Assembly (NCBI RefSeq): GCF_009914755.1
Contig: NC_060940.1
Strand: one strand, 5' to 3'
DNA length: 64,000 nucleotides
DNA from: the human T2T-CHM13v2.0 reference genome, Homo sapiens
Positions 25,147 to 39,416 of the stretch are shown piece after piece. The notes below the pieces were generated by a model. It ran no database searches. It had not been told where the DNA came from and saw only the letters and a program-made list of their open reading frames with translations. Every line of letters begins with the position of its first letter. The stretch's first letter is position 1. The position numbers were made by a program, and so were the translations under genes.

Positions 25147-27865
25147 GTGTTGTGTGTATTCAACTGACAGAGTTGAACCTTCCTTTAGACAGAGCAGATT
25201 TGAAAGTCTCTTTTTGTGGAATTTGCAAGTGGAGATTTCAAGCGCTTTGAGGCCAAAAGCAGAAAAGGAAATATTTTCCTATAAAAACTCGACAGAATCT
25301 TTCTCAGAAACTGCTCTGGGATGTGTGCGTTCAACTCACAGAGTTTAACTTTTCTTTTCATTCAGCAGTTTGGAAACACTCTGTTTGGAAAGTCTGCACG
25401 TGGATATTTTGACCTCTTTGAGGCCTTCGTTGGAAACGGGTTTTTTTCATGTAAGGCTAGACAGAAGAAATCTCAGTAACTTCCTTGTGTTGTGTGTATT
25501 CAACTGACAGAGTTGAACCTTCCTTTAGACAGAGCAGATTCGAAACACTCTTTTTCTGCAATTTGCAAGTGGAGACTTCAAGCGCTTTGAGGCCAAAGGC
25601 AGAAAAGGAAATATCTTCGTATAAAAACCCGACAGAATCATTCTCAGAAACTGCTCTGTGATGTGTGCGTTCAACTCACAGAGTTTAACTTTTCTTTTCA
25701 TTCAGCAGTTTGGAAACACTCTGTTTGTAAAGTCTGCAAGTGGATATCTTGGCCTCTTAGAGGCCTTCGTTGGAAACGGGTTTTTTCATGTAAGGTTAGA
25801 CAGAGGAATTCCCAGTAACTTCCTTGTGTTGTGTGCATTCAACTCACAGAGTTGAATGATTCTTTACACAGAGCAGATTTGAGACACTCTTTTGGTGGAA
25901 TTTGTAAGTGGAGAATTCAGCCGCTTTGAGGTCAACGGTAGAAAAGGAAATATCTTCGTATAAAAACTAGACAGAATGATTCTCAGAAACTGTTTTGTGA
26001 TGTGTGCGTTCAACTCACAGAGTTTAACCTTTCTTTTCAAAGAGCAGTTAGGAAACACTCTGTTTGTAAAGTCTGCAAGTGGATATTCAGACCTCTTTGA
26101 GGCCTTCGTTGGAAACGGGATTTCTTCATATTATGCTAGACAGATGAATTCTCAGTAACTTCCTTGTGTTGTGTGTATTCAACTCACAGAGTTGAACGAT
26201 CCTTTACACAGAGCAGATTTGAAACACTGTTTTTCTGGAATTTGCAAGTGGAGATTTCAGCCGCTTTGAGGTCAATGGTAGAAAAGGAAATATCTTCGTA
26301 TAAAAACTAGACAGAATGATTCTCAGAAACTCCTTTGTGATGTGTGCGTTCAACTCACAGAGTTTAACCTTTCTTTTCACAGAGCAGTTAGGAAACACTC
26401 TGTTTGTGAAGCCTGTCAGTGGATATTCGGACCTCTTTGAGGCCTTCGTTGGAAACGGGATTTCTTCATATTATGCTAGACAGAAGAATTCTCAGTAACT
26501 TCCTTGTGTTGTGTGTATTCAACTCACAGAGTTGAACGATCCTTTACACAGAGCAGATTTGAAACACTGTTTTTCTGGAATTTGCAAGTGGAGATTTCAG
26601 CTGATTTGAGGTCAATGGTAGAAAAGGAAATATCTTCGTATAAAAACTAGACAGAATGATTCTCAGAAACTCCTTTGTGATGTGTGCGTTCAACTCACAG
26701 AGTTTAACCTTTCTTTTCACAGAGCAGTTAGGAAACACTCTGTTTGTGAAGCCTGCCAGTGGATATTCGGACCTCTTTGAGGCCTTCGTTGGAAACGGGA
26801 TTTCTTCATATTATGCTAGACAGAAGATTTCTCAGTAACTTCTTTGTGTTGTGTGTATGCAACTCACAGAGTTCAACCTTCCTTTAGACAGAGCAGATTT
26901 GAAACACTCTTTTTGTGGAATTTGCAAGTGGAGATTTCAAGCGCTTTGAGGCCAAAAGCAGAAAAGGAAATATTTTCCTATAAAAACTAGACAGAATCTT
27001 TCTCAGAAACTGCTCTGGGATGTGTGCGTTCAACTCACAGAGTTTAACTTTTCTTTTCATTCAGCAGTTTGGAAACACTCTGTTTGGAAAGTCTGCACGT
27101 GGATATTTTGACCTCTTTGAGGCCTTCGTTGGAAACGGGTTTTTTTCATGTAACGCTAGACAGAAGAAATCTCAGTAACTTCCTTGTGTTGTGTGTATTC
27201 AACTGACAGAGTTGAACGATCCTTTACACAGAGCAGATTTGAAACACTGTTTTTCTGGAATTTGCAAGTGGAGATTTCAGCTGATTTGAGGTCAATGGTA
27301 GAAAAGGAAATATCTTCGTATAAAAACTAGACAGAATGATTCTCAGAAACTCCTTTGTGATGTGTGCGTTCAACTCACAGAGTTTAACCTTTCTTTTCAC
27401 AGAGCAGTTAGGAAACACTCTGTTTGTGAAGCCTGCCAGTGGATATTCGGACCTCTTGGAGGCCTTCGTTGGAAACGGGATTTCTTCATATTATGCTAGA
27501 CAGAAGATTTCTCAGTAACTTCTTTGTGTTGTGTGTATGCAACTCACAGAGTTCAACCTTCCTTTAGACAGAGCAGATTTGAAACACTCTTTTTGTGGAA
27601 TTTGCAAGTGGAGATTTCAAGCGCTTCGATGCCAATGGTAGAAAAGGAAATATCTTCGTAGAAAAACAAGACAAACTCGTTCCCAGACACTGCGTAGTGA
27701 TGTGTGTGTTTAACTCACAGAGTTTCACCTTTCTTTTCATACAGCATTCTGGAAACCCTCTGTTTGTAAAGTCTGCAAGTGGATATTTGGACCTCTTAGA
27801 TGCCTTCGTTGGAAACGGGATTTCTTCATATAATGCTAGAGGGAAGAATTCTTAGTAACTTCTTT
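25147..27865 (+). repeat. 16-mer structural-variant HOR (2,719 bp): A-B-C-D-D'-[E/A]-[B/D'']-E
   Basis: Anchor spacing 25658 to 28377 is 2,719 bp. D-type dimers start at 26166, 26506 and 27186, and an E/A hybrid starts at 26846. Confidence 0.92.
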
Positions 27866-30800
27866 GTGTTGTGTGTATTCAACTGACAGAGTTGAACCTT
27901 CCTTTAGACAGAGCAGATTTGAAAGGCTCTTTTTGTGGAATTTGCAAGTGGAGATTTCAAGCGCTTTGAGGCCAAAAGCAGAAAAGGAAATATTTTCCTA
28001 TAAAAACTCGACAGAATCTTTCTCAGAAACTGCTCTGGGATGTGTGCGTTCAACTCACAGAGTTTAACTTTTCTTTTCATTCAGCAGTTTGGAAACACTC
28101 TGTTTGGAAAGTCTGCACGTGGATATTTTGACCTCTTTGAGGCCTTCGTTGGAAACGGGTTTTTTTCATGTAACGCTAGACAGAAGAAATCTCAGTAACT
28201 TCCTTGTGTTGTGTGTATTCAACTGACAGAGTTGAACCTTCCTTTAGACAGAGCAGATTCGAAACACTCTTTTTCTGCAATTTGCAAGTGGAGACTTCAA
28301 GCGCTTTGAGGCCAAAGGCAGAAAAGGAAATATCTTCGTATAAAAACCCGACAGAATCATTCTCAGAAACTGCTCTGTGATGTGTGCGTTCAACTCACAG
28401 AGTTTAACTTTTCTTTTCATTCAGCAGTTTGGAAACACTCTGTTTGTAAGGTCTGCAAGTGGATATCTTGGCCTCTTAGAGGCCTTCGTTGGAAACGGGT
28501 TTTTTCATGTAAGGTTAGACAGAGGAATTCCCGGTAACTTCCTTGTGTTGTGTGCATTCAACTCACAGAGTTGAATGATTCTTTACACAGAGCAGATTTG
28601 AGACACTCTTTTGGTGGAATTTGTAAGTGGAGAATTCAGCCGCTTTGAGGTCAACGGTAGAAAAGGAAATATCTTCGTATAAAAACTAGACAGAATGATT
28701 CTCAGAAACTGTTTTGTGATGTGTGCGTTCAACTCACAGAGTTTAACCTTTCTTTTCAAAGAGCAGTTAGGAAACACTCTGTTTGTAAAGTCTGCAAGTG
28801 GATATTCAGACCTCTTTGAGGCCTTCGTTGGAAACGGGATTTCTTCATATTATGCTAGACAGATGAATTCTCAGTAACTTCCTTGTGTTGTGTGTATTCA
28901 ACTCACAGAGTTTAACGATCCTTTACACAGAGCAGATTTGAAACACTGTTTTTCTGGAATTTGCAAGTGGAGATTTCAGCCGCTTTGAGGTCAATGGTAG
29001 AAAAGGAAATATCTTCGTATAAAAACTAGACAGAATGATTCTCAGAAACTCCTTTGTGATGTGTGCGTTCAACTCACAGAGTTTAACCTTTCTTTTCACA
29101 GAGCAGTTAGGAAACACTCTGTTTGTGAAGCCTGCCAGTGGATATTCGGACCTCTTTGAGGCCTTCGTTGGAAACGGGATTTCTTCATATTATGCTAGAC
29201 AGAAGATTTCTCAGTAACTTCTTTGTGTTGTGTGTATGCAACTCACAGAGTTCAACCTTCCTTTAGACAGAGCAGATTTGAAACACTCTTTTTGTGGAAT
29301 TTGCAAGTGGAGATTTCAAGCGCTTCGATGCCAATGGTAGAAAAGGAAATATCTTCGTATAAAAACAAGACAAACTCGTTCCCAGACACTGCGTAGTGAT
29401 GTGTGTGTTTAACTCACAGAGTTTCACCTTTCTTTTCATACAGCATTCTGGAAACCCTCTGTTTGTAAAGTCTGCAAGTGGATATTTGGACCTCTTAGAT
29501 GCCTTCGTTGGAAACGGGATTTCTTCATATAATGCTAGAGGGAAGAATTCTTAGTAACTTCTTTGTGTTGTGTGTATTCAACTGACAGAGTTGAACCTTC
29601 CTTTAGACAGAGCAGATTTGAAAGTCTCTTTTTGTGGAATTTGCAAGTGGAGATTTCAAGCGCTTTGAGGCCAAAAGCAGAAAAGGAAATATTTTCCTAT
29701 AAAAACTCGACAGAATCTTTCTCAGAAACTGCTCTGTGATGTGTGTGTTCAACTCACAGAGTTTAACTTTCTTTTCATTCAGCAGTTTGGAAACACTCTG
29801 CTTGGAAAGTCTGCACGTGGATATTTTGACCTCTTTGAGGCCTTCGTTGGAAACGGGTTTTTTTCATGTAAGGCTAGACAGAAGAAATCTCAGTAACTTC
29901 CTTGTGTTGTGTGTATTCAACTGACAGAGTTGAACCTTCCTTTAGACAGAGCAGATTCGAAACACTCTTTTTCTGCAATTTGCAAGTGGAGACTTCAAGC
30001 GCTTTGAGGCCAAAGGCAGAAAAGGAAATATCTTCGTATAAAAACCCGACAGAATCATTCTCAGAAACTGCTCTGTGATGTGTGCGTTCAACTCACAGAG
30101 TTTAACTTTTCTTTTCATTCAGCAGTTTGGAAACACTCTGTTTGTAAAGTCTGCAAGTGGATATCTTGGCCTCTTAGAGGCCTTCGTTGGAAACGGGTTT
30201 TTTCATGTAAGGTTAGACAGAGGAATTCCCGGTAACTTCCTTGTGTTGTGTGCATTCAACTCACAGAGTTGAATGATTCTTTACACAGAGCAGATTTGAG
30301 ACACTCTTTTGGTGGAATTTGTTAGTGGAGAATTCAGCCGCTTTGAGGTCAACGGTAGAAAAGGAAATATCTTCGTATAAAAACTAGACAGAATGATTCT
30401 CAGAAACTGTTTTGTGATGTGTGCGTTCAACTCACAGAGTTTAACCTTTCTTTTCAAAGAGCAGTTAGGAAACACTCTGTTTGTAAAGTCTGCAAGTGGA
30501 TATTCAGACCTCTTTGAGGCCTTCGTTGGAAACGGGATTTCTTCATATTATGCTAGACAGATGAATTCTCAGTAACTTCCTTGTGTTGTGTGTATTCAAC
30601 TCACAGAGTTGAACGATCCTTTACACAGAGCAGATTTGAAACACTGTTTTTCTGGAATTTGCAAGTGGAGATTTCAGCCGCTTTGAGGTCAATGGTAGAA
30701 AAGGAAATATCTTCGTATAAAAACTAGACAGAATGATTCTCAGAAACTCCTTTGTGATGTGTGCGTTCAACTCACAGAGTTTAACCTTTCTTTTCACAGA

Positions 30801-33800
30801 GCAGTTAGGAAACACTCTGTTTGTGAAGCCTGCCAGTGGATATTCGGACCTCTTTGAGGCCTTCGTTGGAAACGGGATTTCTTCATATTATGCTAGACAG
30901 AAGATTTCTCAGTAACTTCTTTGTGTTGTGTGTATGCAACTCACAGAGTTCAACCTTCCTTTAGACAGAGCAGATTTGAAACACTCTTTTTGTGGAATTT
31001 GCAAGTGGAGATTTCAAGCGCTTCGATGCCAATGGTAGAAAAGGAAATATCTTCGTAGAAAAACAAGACAAACTCGTTCCCAGACACTGCGTAGTGATGT
31101 GTGTGTTTAACTCACAGAGTTTCACCTTTCTTTTCATACAGCATTCTGGAAACCCTCTGTTTGTAAAGTCTGCAAGTGGATATTTGGACCTCTTAGATGC
31201 CTTCGTTGGAAACGGGATTTCTTCATATAATGCTAGAGGGAAGAATTCTTAGTAACTTCTTTGCGTTGTGTGTATTCAACTGACAGAGTTGAACCTTCCT
31301 TTAGACAGAGCAGATTTGAAAGTCTCTTTTTGTGGAATTTGCAAGTGGAGATTTCAAGCGCTTTGAGGCCAAAAGCAGAAAAGGAAATATTTTCCTTTAA
31401 ATACTAGACAGAATCTTTCTCAGAAACTGCTCTGGGATGTGTGCGTTCAACTCACAGAGTTTAACTTTTCTTTTCATTCAGCAGTTTGGAAACACTCTGT
31501 TTGGAAAGTCTGCACGTGGATATTTTGACCTCTTTGAGGCCTTCGTTGGAAACGGGTTTTTTTCATGTAAGGCTAGACAGAAGAAATCTCAGTAACTTCC
31601 TTGTGTTGTGTGTATTCAACTGACAGAGTTGAACCTTCCTTTAGACAGAGCAGATTCGAAACACTCTTTTTCTGCAATTTGCAAGTGGAGACTTCAAGCG
31701 CTTTGAGGCCAAAGGCAGAAAAGGAAATATCTTCGTATAAAAACCCGACAGAATCATTCTCAGAAACTGCTCTGTGATGTGTGCGTTCAACTCACAGAGT
31801 TTAACTTTTCTTTTCATTCAGCAGTTTGGAAACACTCTGTTTGTAAAGTCTGCAAGTGGATATCTTGGCCTCTTAGAGGCCTTCGTTGGAAACGGGTTTT
31901 TTCATGTAAGGTTAGACAGAGGAATTCCCAGTAACTTCCTTGTGTTGTGTGCATTCAACTCACAGAGTTGAATGATTCTTTACACAGAGCAGATTTGAGA
32001 CACTCTTTTGGTGGAATTTGTAAGTGGAGAATTCAGCCGCTTTGAGGTCAACGGTAGAAAAGGAAATATCTTCGTATAAAAACTAGACAGAATGATTCTC
32101 AGAAACTGTTTTGTGATGTGTGCGTTCAACTCACAGAGTTTAACCTTTCTTTTCAAAGAGCAGTTAGGAAACACTCTGTTTGTAAAGTCTGCAAGTGGAT
32201 ATTCAGACCTCTTTGAGGCCTTCGTTGGAAACGGGATTTCTTCATATTATGCTAGACAGATGAATTCTCAGTAACTTCCTTGTGTTGTGTGTATTCAACT
32301 CACAGAGTTGAACGATCCTTTACACAGAGCAGATTTGAAACACTGTTTTTCTGGAATTTGCAAGTGGAGATTTCAGCCGCTTTGAGGTCAATGGTAGAAA
32401 AGGAAATATCTTCGTATAAAAACTAGACAGAATGATTCTCAGAAACTCCTTTGTGATGTGTGCGTTCAACTCACAGAGTTTAACCTTTCTTTTCACAGAG
32501 CAGTTAGGAAACACTCTGTTTGTGAAGCCTGCCAGTGGATATTCGGACCTCTTTGAGGCCTTCGTTGGAAACGGGATTTCTTCATATTATGCTAGACAGA
32601 AGATTTCTCAGTAACTTCTTTGTGTTGTGTGTATGCAACTCACAGAGTTCAACCTTCCTTTAGACAGAGCAGATTTGAAACACTCTTTTTGTGGAATTTG
32701 CAAGTGGAGATTTCAAGCGCTTCGATGCCAATGGTAGAAAAGGAAATATCTTCGTATAAAAACAAGACAAACTCGTTCCCAGACACTGCGTAGTGATGTG
32801 TGTGTTTAACTCACAGAGTTTAACCTTTCTTTTCATACAGCATTCTGGAAACCCTGTGTTTGTAAAGTCTGCAAGTGGATATTTGGACCTCTTAGATGCC
32901 TTCGTTGGAAACGGGATTTCTTCATATAATGCTAGAGGGAAGAATTCTTAATAACTTCTTTGTGTTGTGTGTATTCAACTGACAGAGTTGAACCTTCCTT
33001 TAGACAGAGCAGATTTGAAAGTCTCTTTTTGTGGAATTTGCAAGTGGAGATTTCAAGCGCTTTGAGGCCAAAAGCAGAAAAGGAAATATTTTCCTATAAA
33101 TACTAGACAGAATCTTTCTCAGAAACTGCTCTGGGATGTGTGCGTTCAACTCACAGAGTTTAACTTTTCTTTTCATTCAGCAGTTTGGAAACACTCTGTT
33201 TGGAAAGTCTGCACGTGGATATTTTGACCTCTTTGAGGCCTTCGTTGGAAACGGGTTTTTTTCATGTAAGGCTAGACAGAAGAAATCTCAGTAACTTCCT
33301 TGTGTTGTGTGTATTCAACTGACAGAGTTGAACCTTCCTTTAGACAGAGCAGATTCGAAACACTCTTTTTCTGCAATTTGCAAGTGGAGACTTCAAGCGC
33401 TTTGAGGCCAAAGGCAGAAAAGGAAATATCTTCGTATAAAAACCCGACAGAATCATTCTCAGAAACTGCTCTGTGATGTGTGCGTTCAACTCACAGAGTT
33501 TAACTTTTCTTTTCATTCAGCAGTTTGGAAACACTCTGTTTGTAAAGTCTGCAAGTGGATATCTTGGCCTCTTAGAGGCCTTCGTTGGAAACGGGTTTTT
33601 TCATGTAAGGTTAGACAGAGGAATTCCCAGTAACTTCCTTGTGTTGTGTGCATTCAACTCACAGAGTTGAATGATTCTTTACACAGAGCAGATTTGAGAC
33701 ACTCTTTTGGTGGAATTTGTAAGTGGAGAATTCAGCCGCTTTGAGGTCAACGGTAGAAAAGGAAATATCTTCGTATAAAAACTAGACAGAATGATTCTCA

Positions 33801-36800
33801 GAAACTGTTTTGTGATGTGTGCGTTCAACTCACAGAGTTTAACCTTTCTTTTCAAAGAGCAGTTAGGAAACACTCTGTTTGTAAAGTCTGCAAGTGGATA
33901 TTCAGACCTCTTTGAGGCCTTCGTTGGAAACGGGATTTCTTCATATTATGCTAGACAGATGAATTCTCAGTAACTTCCTTGTGTTGTGTGTATTCAACTC
34001 ACAGAGTTGAACGATCCTTTACACAGAGCAGATTTGAAACACTGTTTTTCTGGAATTTGCAAGTGGAGATTTCAGCCGCTTTGAGGTCAATGGTAGAAAA
34101 AGAAATATCTTCGTATAAAAACTAGACAGAATGATTCTCAGAAACTCCTTTGTGATGTGTGCGTTCAACTCACAGAGTTTAACCTTTCTTTTCACAGAGC
34201 AGTTAGGAAACACTCTGTTTGTGAAGCCTGCCAGTGGATATTCGGACCTCTTTGAGGCCTTCGTTGGAAACGGGATTTCTTCATATTATGCTAGACAGAA
34301 GATTTCTCAGTAACTTCTTTGTGTTGTGTGTATGCAACTCACAGAGTTCAACCTTCCTTTAGACAGAGCAGATTTGAAACACTCTTTTTGTGGAATTTGC
34401 AAGTGGAGATTTCAAGCGCTTCGATGCCAATGGTAGAAAAGGAAATATCTTCGTAGAAAAACAAGACAAACTCGTTCCCAGACACTGCGTAGTGATGTGT
34501 GTGTTTAACTCACAGAGTTTAACCTTTCTTTTCATACAGCATTCTGGAAACCCTCTGTTTGTAAAGTCTGCAAGTGGATATTTGGACCTCTTAGATGCCT
34601 TCGTTGGAAACGGGATTTCTTCATATAATGCTAGAGGGAAGAATTCTTAATAACTTCTTTGTGTTGTGTGTATTCAACTGACAGAGTTGAACCTTCCTTT
34701 AGACAGAGCAGATTTGAAAGTCTCTTTTTGTGGAATTTGCAAGTGGAGATTTCAAGCGCTTTGAGGCCAAAAGCAGAAAAGGAAATATTTTCCTATAAAA
34801 ACTAGACAGAATCATTCTCAGAAACTGCTCTGTGATGTGTGTGTTCAACTCACAGAGTTTAACTTTCTTTTCATTCAGCAGTTTGGAAACACTCTGTTTG
34901 GAAAGTCTGCACGTGGATATTTTGACCTCTTTGAGGCCTTCGTTGGAAACGGGTTTTTTTCATGTAAGGCTAGACAGAAGAAATCTCAGTAACTTCCTTG
35001 TGTTGTGTGTATTCAACTGACAGAGTTGAACCTTCCTTTAGACAGAGCAGATTCGAAACACTCTTTTTCTGCAATTTGCAAGTGGAGACTTCAAGTGCTT
35101 TGAGGCCAAAGGCAGAAAAGGAAATATCTTCGTATAAAAACCCGACAGAATCACTCTCAGAAACTGCTCTGTGATGTGTGCGTTCAACTCACAGAGTTTA
35201 ACTTTTCTTTTCATTCAGCAGTTTGGAAACACTCTGTTTGTAAAGTCTGCAAGTGGATATCTTGGCCTCTTAGAGGCCTTCGTTGGAAACGGGTTTTTTC
35301 ATGTAAGGTTAGACAGAGGAATTCCCAGTAACTTCCTTGTGTTGTGTGCATTCAACTCACAGAGTTGAATGATTCTTTACACAGAGCAGATTTGAGACAC
35401 TCTTTTGGTGGAATTTGTTAGTGGAGAATTCAGCCGCTTTGAGGTCAACGGTAGAAAAGGAAATATCTTCGTATAAAAACTAGACAGAATGATTCTCAGA
35501 AACTGTTTTGTGATGTGTGCGTTCAACTCACAGAGTTTAACCTTTCTTTTCAAAGAGCAGTTAGGAAACACTCTGTTTCTAAAGTCTGCAAGTGGATATT
35601 CAGACCTCTTTGAGGCCTTCGTTGGAAACGGGATTTCTTCATATTATGCTAGACAGATGAATTCTCAGTAACTTCCTTGTGTTGTGTGTATTCAACTCAC
35701 AGAGTTGAACGATCCTTTACACAGAGCAGATTTGAAACACTGTTTTTCTGGAATTTGCAAGTGGAGATTTCAGCCGCTTTGAGGTCAATGGTAGAAAAAG
35801 AAATATCTTCGTATAAAAACTAGACAGAATGATTCTCAGAAACTCCTTTGTGATGTGTGCGTTCAACTCACAGAGTTTAACCTTTCTTTTCACAGAGCAG
35901 TTAGGAAACACTCTGTTTGTGAAGCCTGCCAGTGGATATTCGGACCTCTTTGAGGCCTTCGTTGGAAACGGGATTTCTTCATATTATGCTATTCAGAAGA
36001 TTTCTCAGTAACTTCTTTGTGTTGTGTGTATGCAACTCACAGAGTTCAACCTTCCTTTAGACAGAGCAGATTTGAAACACTCTTTTTGTGGAATTTGCAA
36101 GTGGAGATTTCAAGCGCTTCGATGCCAATGGTAGAAAAGGAAATATCTTCGTATAAAAACAAGACAAACTCGTTCCCAGACACTGCGTAGTGATGTGTGT
36201 GTTTAACTCACAGAGTTTCACCTTTCTTTTCATACAGCATTCTGGAAACCCTGTGTTTGTAAAGTCTGCAAGTGGATATTTGGACCTCTTAGATGCCTTC
36301 GTTGGAAACGGGATTTCTTCATATAATGCTAGAGGGAAGAATTCTTAGTAACTTCTTTGTGTTGTGTGTATTCAACTGACAGAGTTGAACCTTCCTTTAG
36401 ACAGAGCAGATTTGAAAGTCTCTTTTTGTGGAATTTGCAAGTGGAGATTTCAAGCGCTTTGAGGCCAAAAGCAGAAAAGGAAATATTTTCCTATAAAAAC
36501 TCGACAGAATCTTTCTCAGAAACTGCTCTGGGATGTGTGCGTTCAACTCACAGAGTTTAACTTTTCTTTTCATTCAGCAGTTTGGAAACACTCTGTTTGG
36601 AAAGTCTGCACGTGGATATTTTGACCTCTTTGAGGCCTTCGTTGGAAACGGGTTTTTTTCATGTAAGGCTAGACAGAAGAAATCTCAGTAACTTCCTTGT
36701 GTTGTGTGTATTCAACTGACAGAGTTGAACCTTCCTTTAGACAGAGCAGATTCGAAACACTCTTTTTCTGCAATTTGCAAGTGGAGACTTCAAGCGCTTT

Positions 36801-38057
36801 GAGGCCAAAGGCAGAAAAGGAAATATCTTCGTATAAAAACCCGACAGAATCATTCTCAGAAACTGCTCTGTGATGTGTGCGTTCAACTCACAGAGTTTAA
36901 CTTTTCTTTTCATTCAGCAGTTTGGAAACACTCCGTTTGTAAAGTCTGCAAGTGGATATCTTGGCCTCTTAGAGGCCTTCGTTGGAAACGGGTTTTTTCA
37001 TGTAAGGTTAGACAGAGGAATTCCCAGTAACTTCCTTGTGTTGTGTGCATTCAACTCACAGAGTTGAATGATTCTTTACACAGAGCAGATTTGAGACACT
37101 CTTTTGGTGGAATTTGTAAGTGGAGAATTCAGCCGCTTTGAGGTCAACGGTAGAAAAGGAAATATCTTCGTATAAAAACTAGACAGAATGATTCTCAGAA
37201 ACTGTTTTGTGATGTGTGCGTTCAACTCACAGAGTTTAACCTTTCTTTTCAAAGAGCAGTTAGGAAACACTCTGTTTGTAAAGTCTGCAAGTGGATATTC
37301 AGACCTCTTTGAGGCCTTCGTTGGAAACGGGATTTCTTCATATTATGCTAGACAGATGAATTCTCAGTAACTTCCTTGTGTTGTGTGTATTCAACTCACA
37401 GAGTTGAACGATCCTTTACACAGAGCAGATTTGAAACACTGTTTTTCTGGAATTTGCAAGTGGAGATTTCAGCCGCTTTGAGGTCAATGGTAGAAAAAGA
37501 AATATCTTCGTATAAAAACTAGACAGAATGATTCTCAGAAACTCCTTTGTGATGTGTGCGTTCAACTCACAGAGTTTAACCTTTCTTTTCACAGAGCAGT
37601 TAGGAAACACTCTGTTTGTGAAGCCTGCCAGTGGATATTCGGACCTCTTTGAGGCCTTCGTTGGAAACGGGATTTCTTCATATTATGCTAGACAGAAGAT
37701 TTCTCAGTAACTTCTTTGTGTTGTGTGTATGCAACTCACAGAGTTCAACCTTCCTTTAGACAGAGCAGATTTGAAACACTCTTTTTGTGGAATTTGCAAG
37801 TGGAGATTTCAAGCGCTTCGATGCCAATGGTAGAAAAGGAAATATCTTCGTATAAAAACAAGACAAACTCGTTCCCAGACACTGCGTAGTGATGTGTGTG
37901 TTTAACTCACAGAGTTTCACCTTTCTTTTCATACAGCATTCTGGAAACCCTGTGTTTGTAAAGTCTGCAAGTGGATATTTGGACCTCTTAGATGCCTTCG
38001 TTGGAAACGGGATTTCTTCATATAATGCTAGAGGGAAGAATTCTTAGTAACTTCTTT

Positions 38058-39416
38058 GTGTTGTGTGTATTCAACTGACAGAGTTGAACCTTCCTTTAGA
38101 CAGAGCAGATTTGAAAGTCTCTTTTTGTGGAATTTGCAAGTGGAGATTTCAAGCGCTTTGAGGCCAAAAGCAGAAAAGGAAATATTTTCGTATAAAAACT
38201 CGACAGAATCTTTCTCAGAAACTGCTCTGGGATGTGTGCGTTCAACTCACAGAGTTTAACTTTTCTTTTCATTCAGCAGTTTGGAAACACTCTGTTTGGA
38301 AAGTCTACACGTGGATATTTTGACCTCTTTGAGGCCTTCGTTGGAAACGGGTTTTTTTCATGTAAGGCTAGACAGAAGAAATTTCAGTAACTTCCTTGTG
38401 TTGTGTGTATTCAACTGACAGAGTTGAACCTTCCTTTAGACAGAGCAGATTCGAAACACTCTTTTTCTGCAATTTGCAAGTGGAGACTTCAAGCGCTTTG
38501 AGGCCAAAGGCAGAAAAGGAAATATCTTCGTATAAAAACCCGACAGAATCATTCTCAGAAACTGCTCTGTGATGTGTGCGTTCAACTCACAGAGTTTAAC
38601 TTTTCTTTTCATTCAGCAGTTTGGAAACACTCTGTTTGTAAAGTCTGCAAGTGGATATCTTGGCCTCTTAGAGGCCTTCGTTGGAAACGGGTTTTTTCAT
38701 GTAAGGTTAGACAGAGGAATTCCCACTAACTTCCTTGTGTTGTGTGCATTCAACTCACAGAGTTGAATGATTCTTTACACAGAGCAGATTTGAGACACTC
38801 TTTTGGTGGAATTTGTAAGTGGAGAATTCAGCTGCTTTGAGGTCAACGGTAGAAAAGGAAATATCTTCGTATAAAAACTAGACAGAATGATTCTCAGAAA
38901 CTGTTTTGTGATGTGTGCTTTCAACTCACAGAGTTTAACCTTTCTTTTCAAAGAGCAGTTAGGAAACACTCTGTTTGTGAAGCCTGCCAGTGGATATTCG
39001 GACCTCTTTGAGGCCTTCGTTGGAAACGGGATTTCTTCATATTATGCTAGACAGAAGATTTCTCAGTAACTTCTTTGTGTTGTGTGTATGCAACTCACAG
39101 AGTTCAACCTTCCTTTAGACAGAGCAGATTTGAAACACTCTTTTTGTGGAATTTGCAAGTGGAGATTTCAAGCGCTTCGATGCCAATGGTAGAAAAGGAA
39201 ATATCTTCGTAGAAAAACAAGACAAACTCGTTCCCAGACACTGCGTAGTGATGTGTGTGTTTAACTCACAGAGTTTCACCTTTCTTTTCATACAGCATTC
39301 TGGAAACCCTCTGTTTGTAAAGTCTGCAAGTGGATATTTGGACCTCTTAGATGCCTTCGTTGGAAACGGGATTTCTTCATATAATGCTAGAGGGAAGAAT
39401 TCTTAGTAACTTCTTT
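38058..39416 (+). repeat. 8-mer structural-variant HOR (1,359 bp): A-B-[C/D]-E
   Basis: Anchor spacing 38569 to 39928 is 1,359 bp. C-type TTCAAAGAG (38951) joins D-type GTGAAGCCTGCC (38979). ORF 38887-39069 is a C-start/D-end chimera. Confidence 0.93.
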
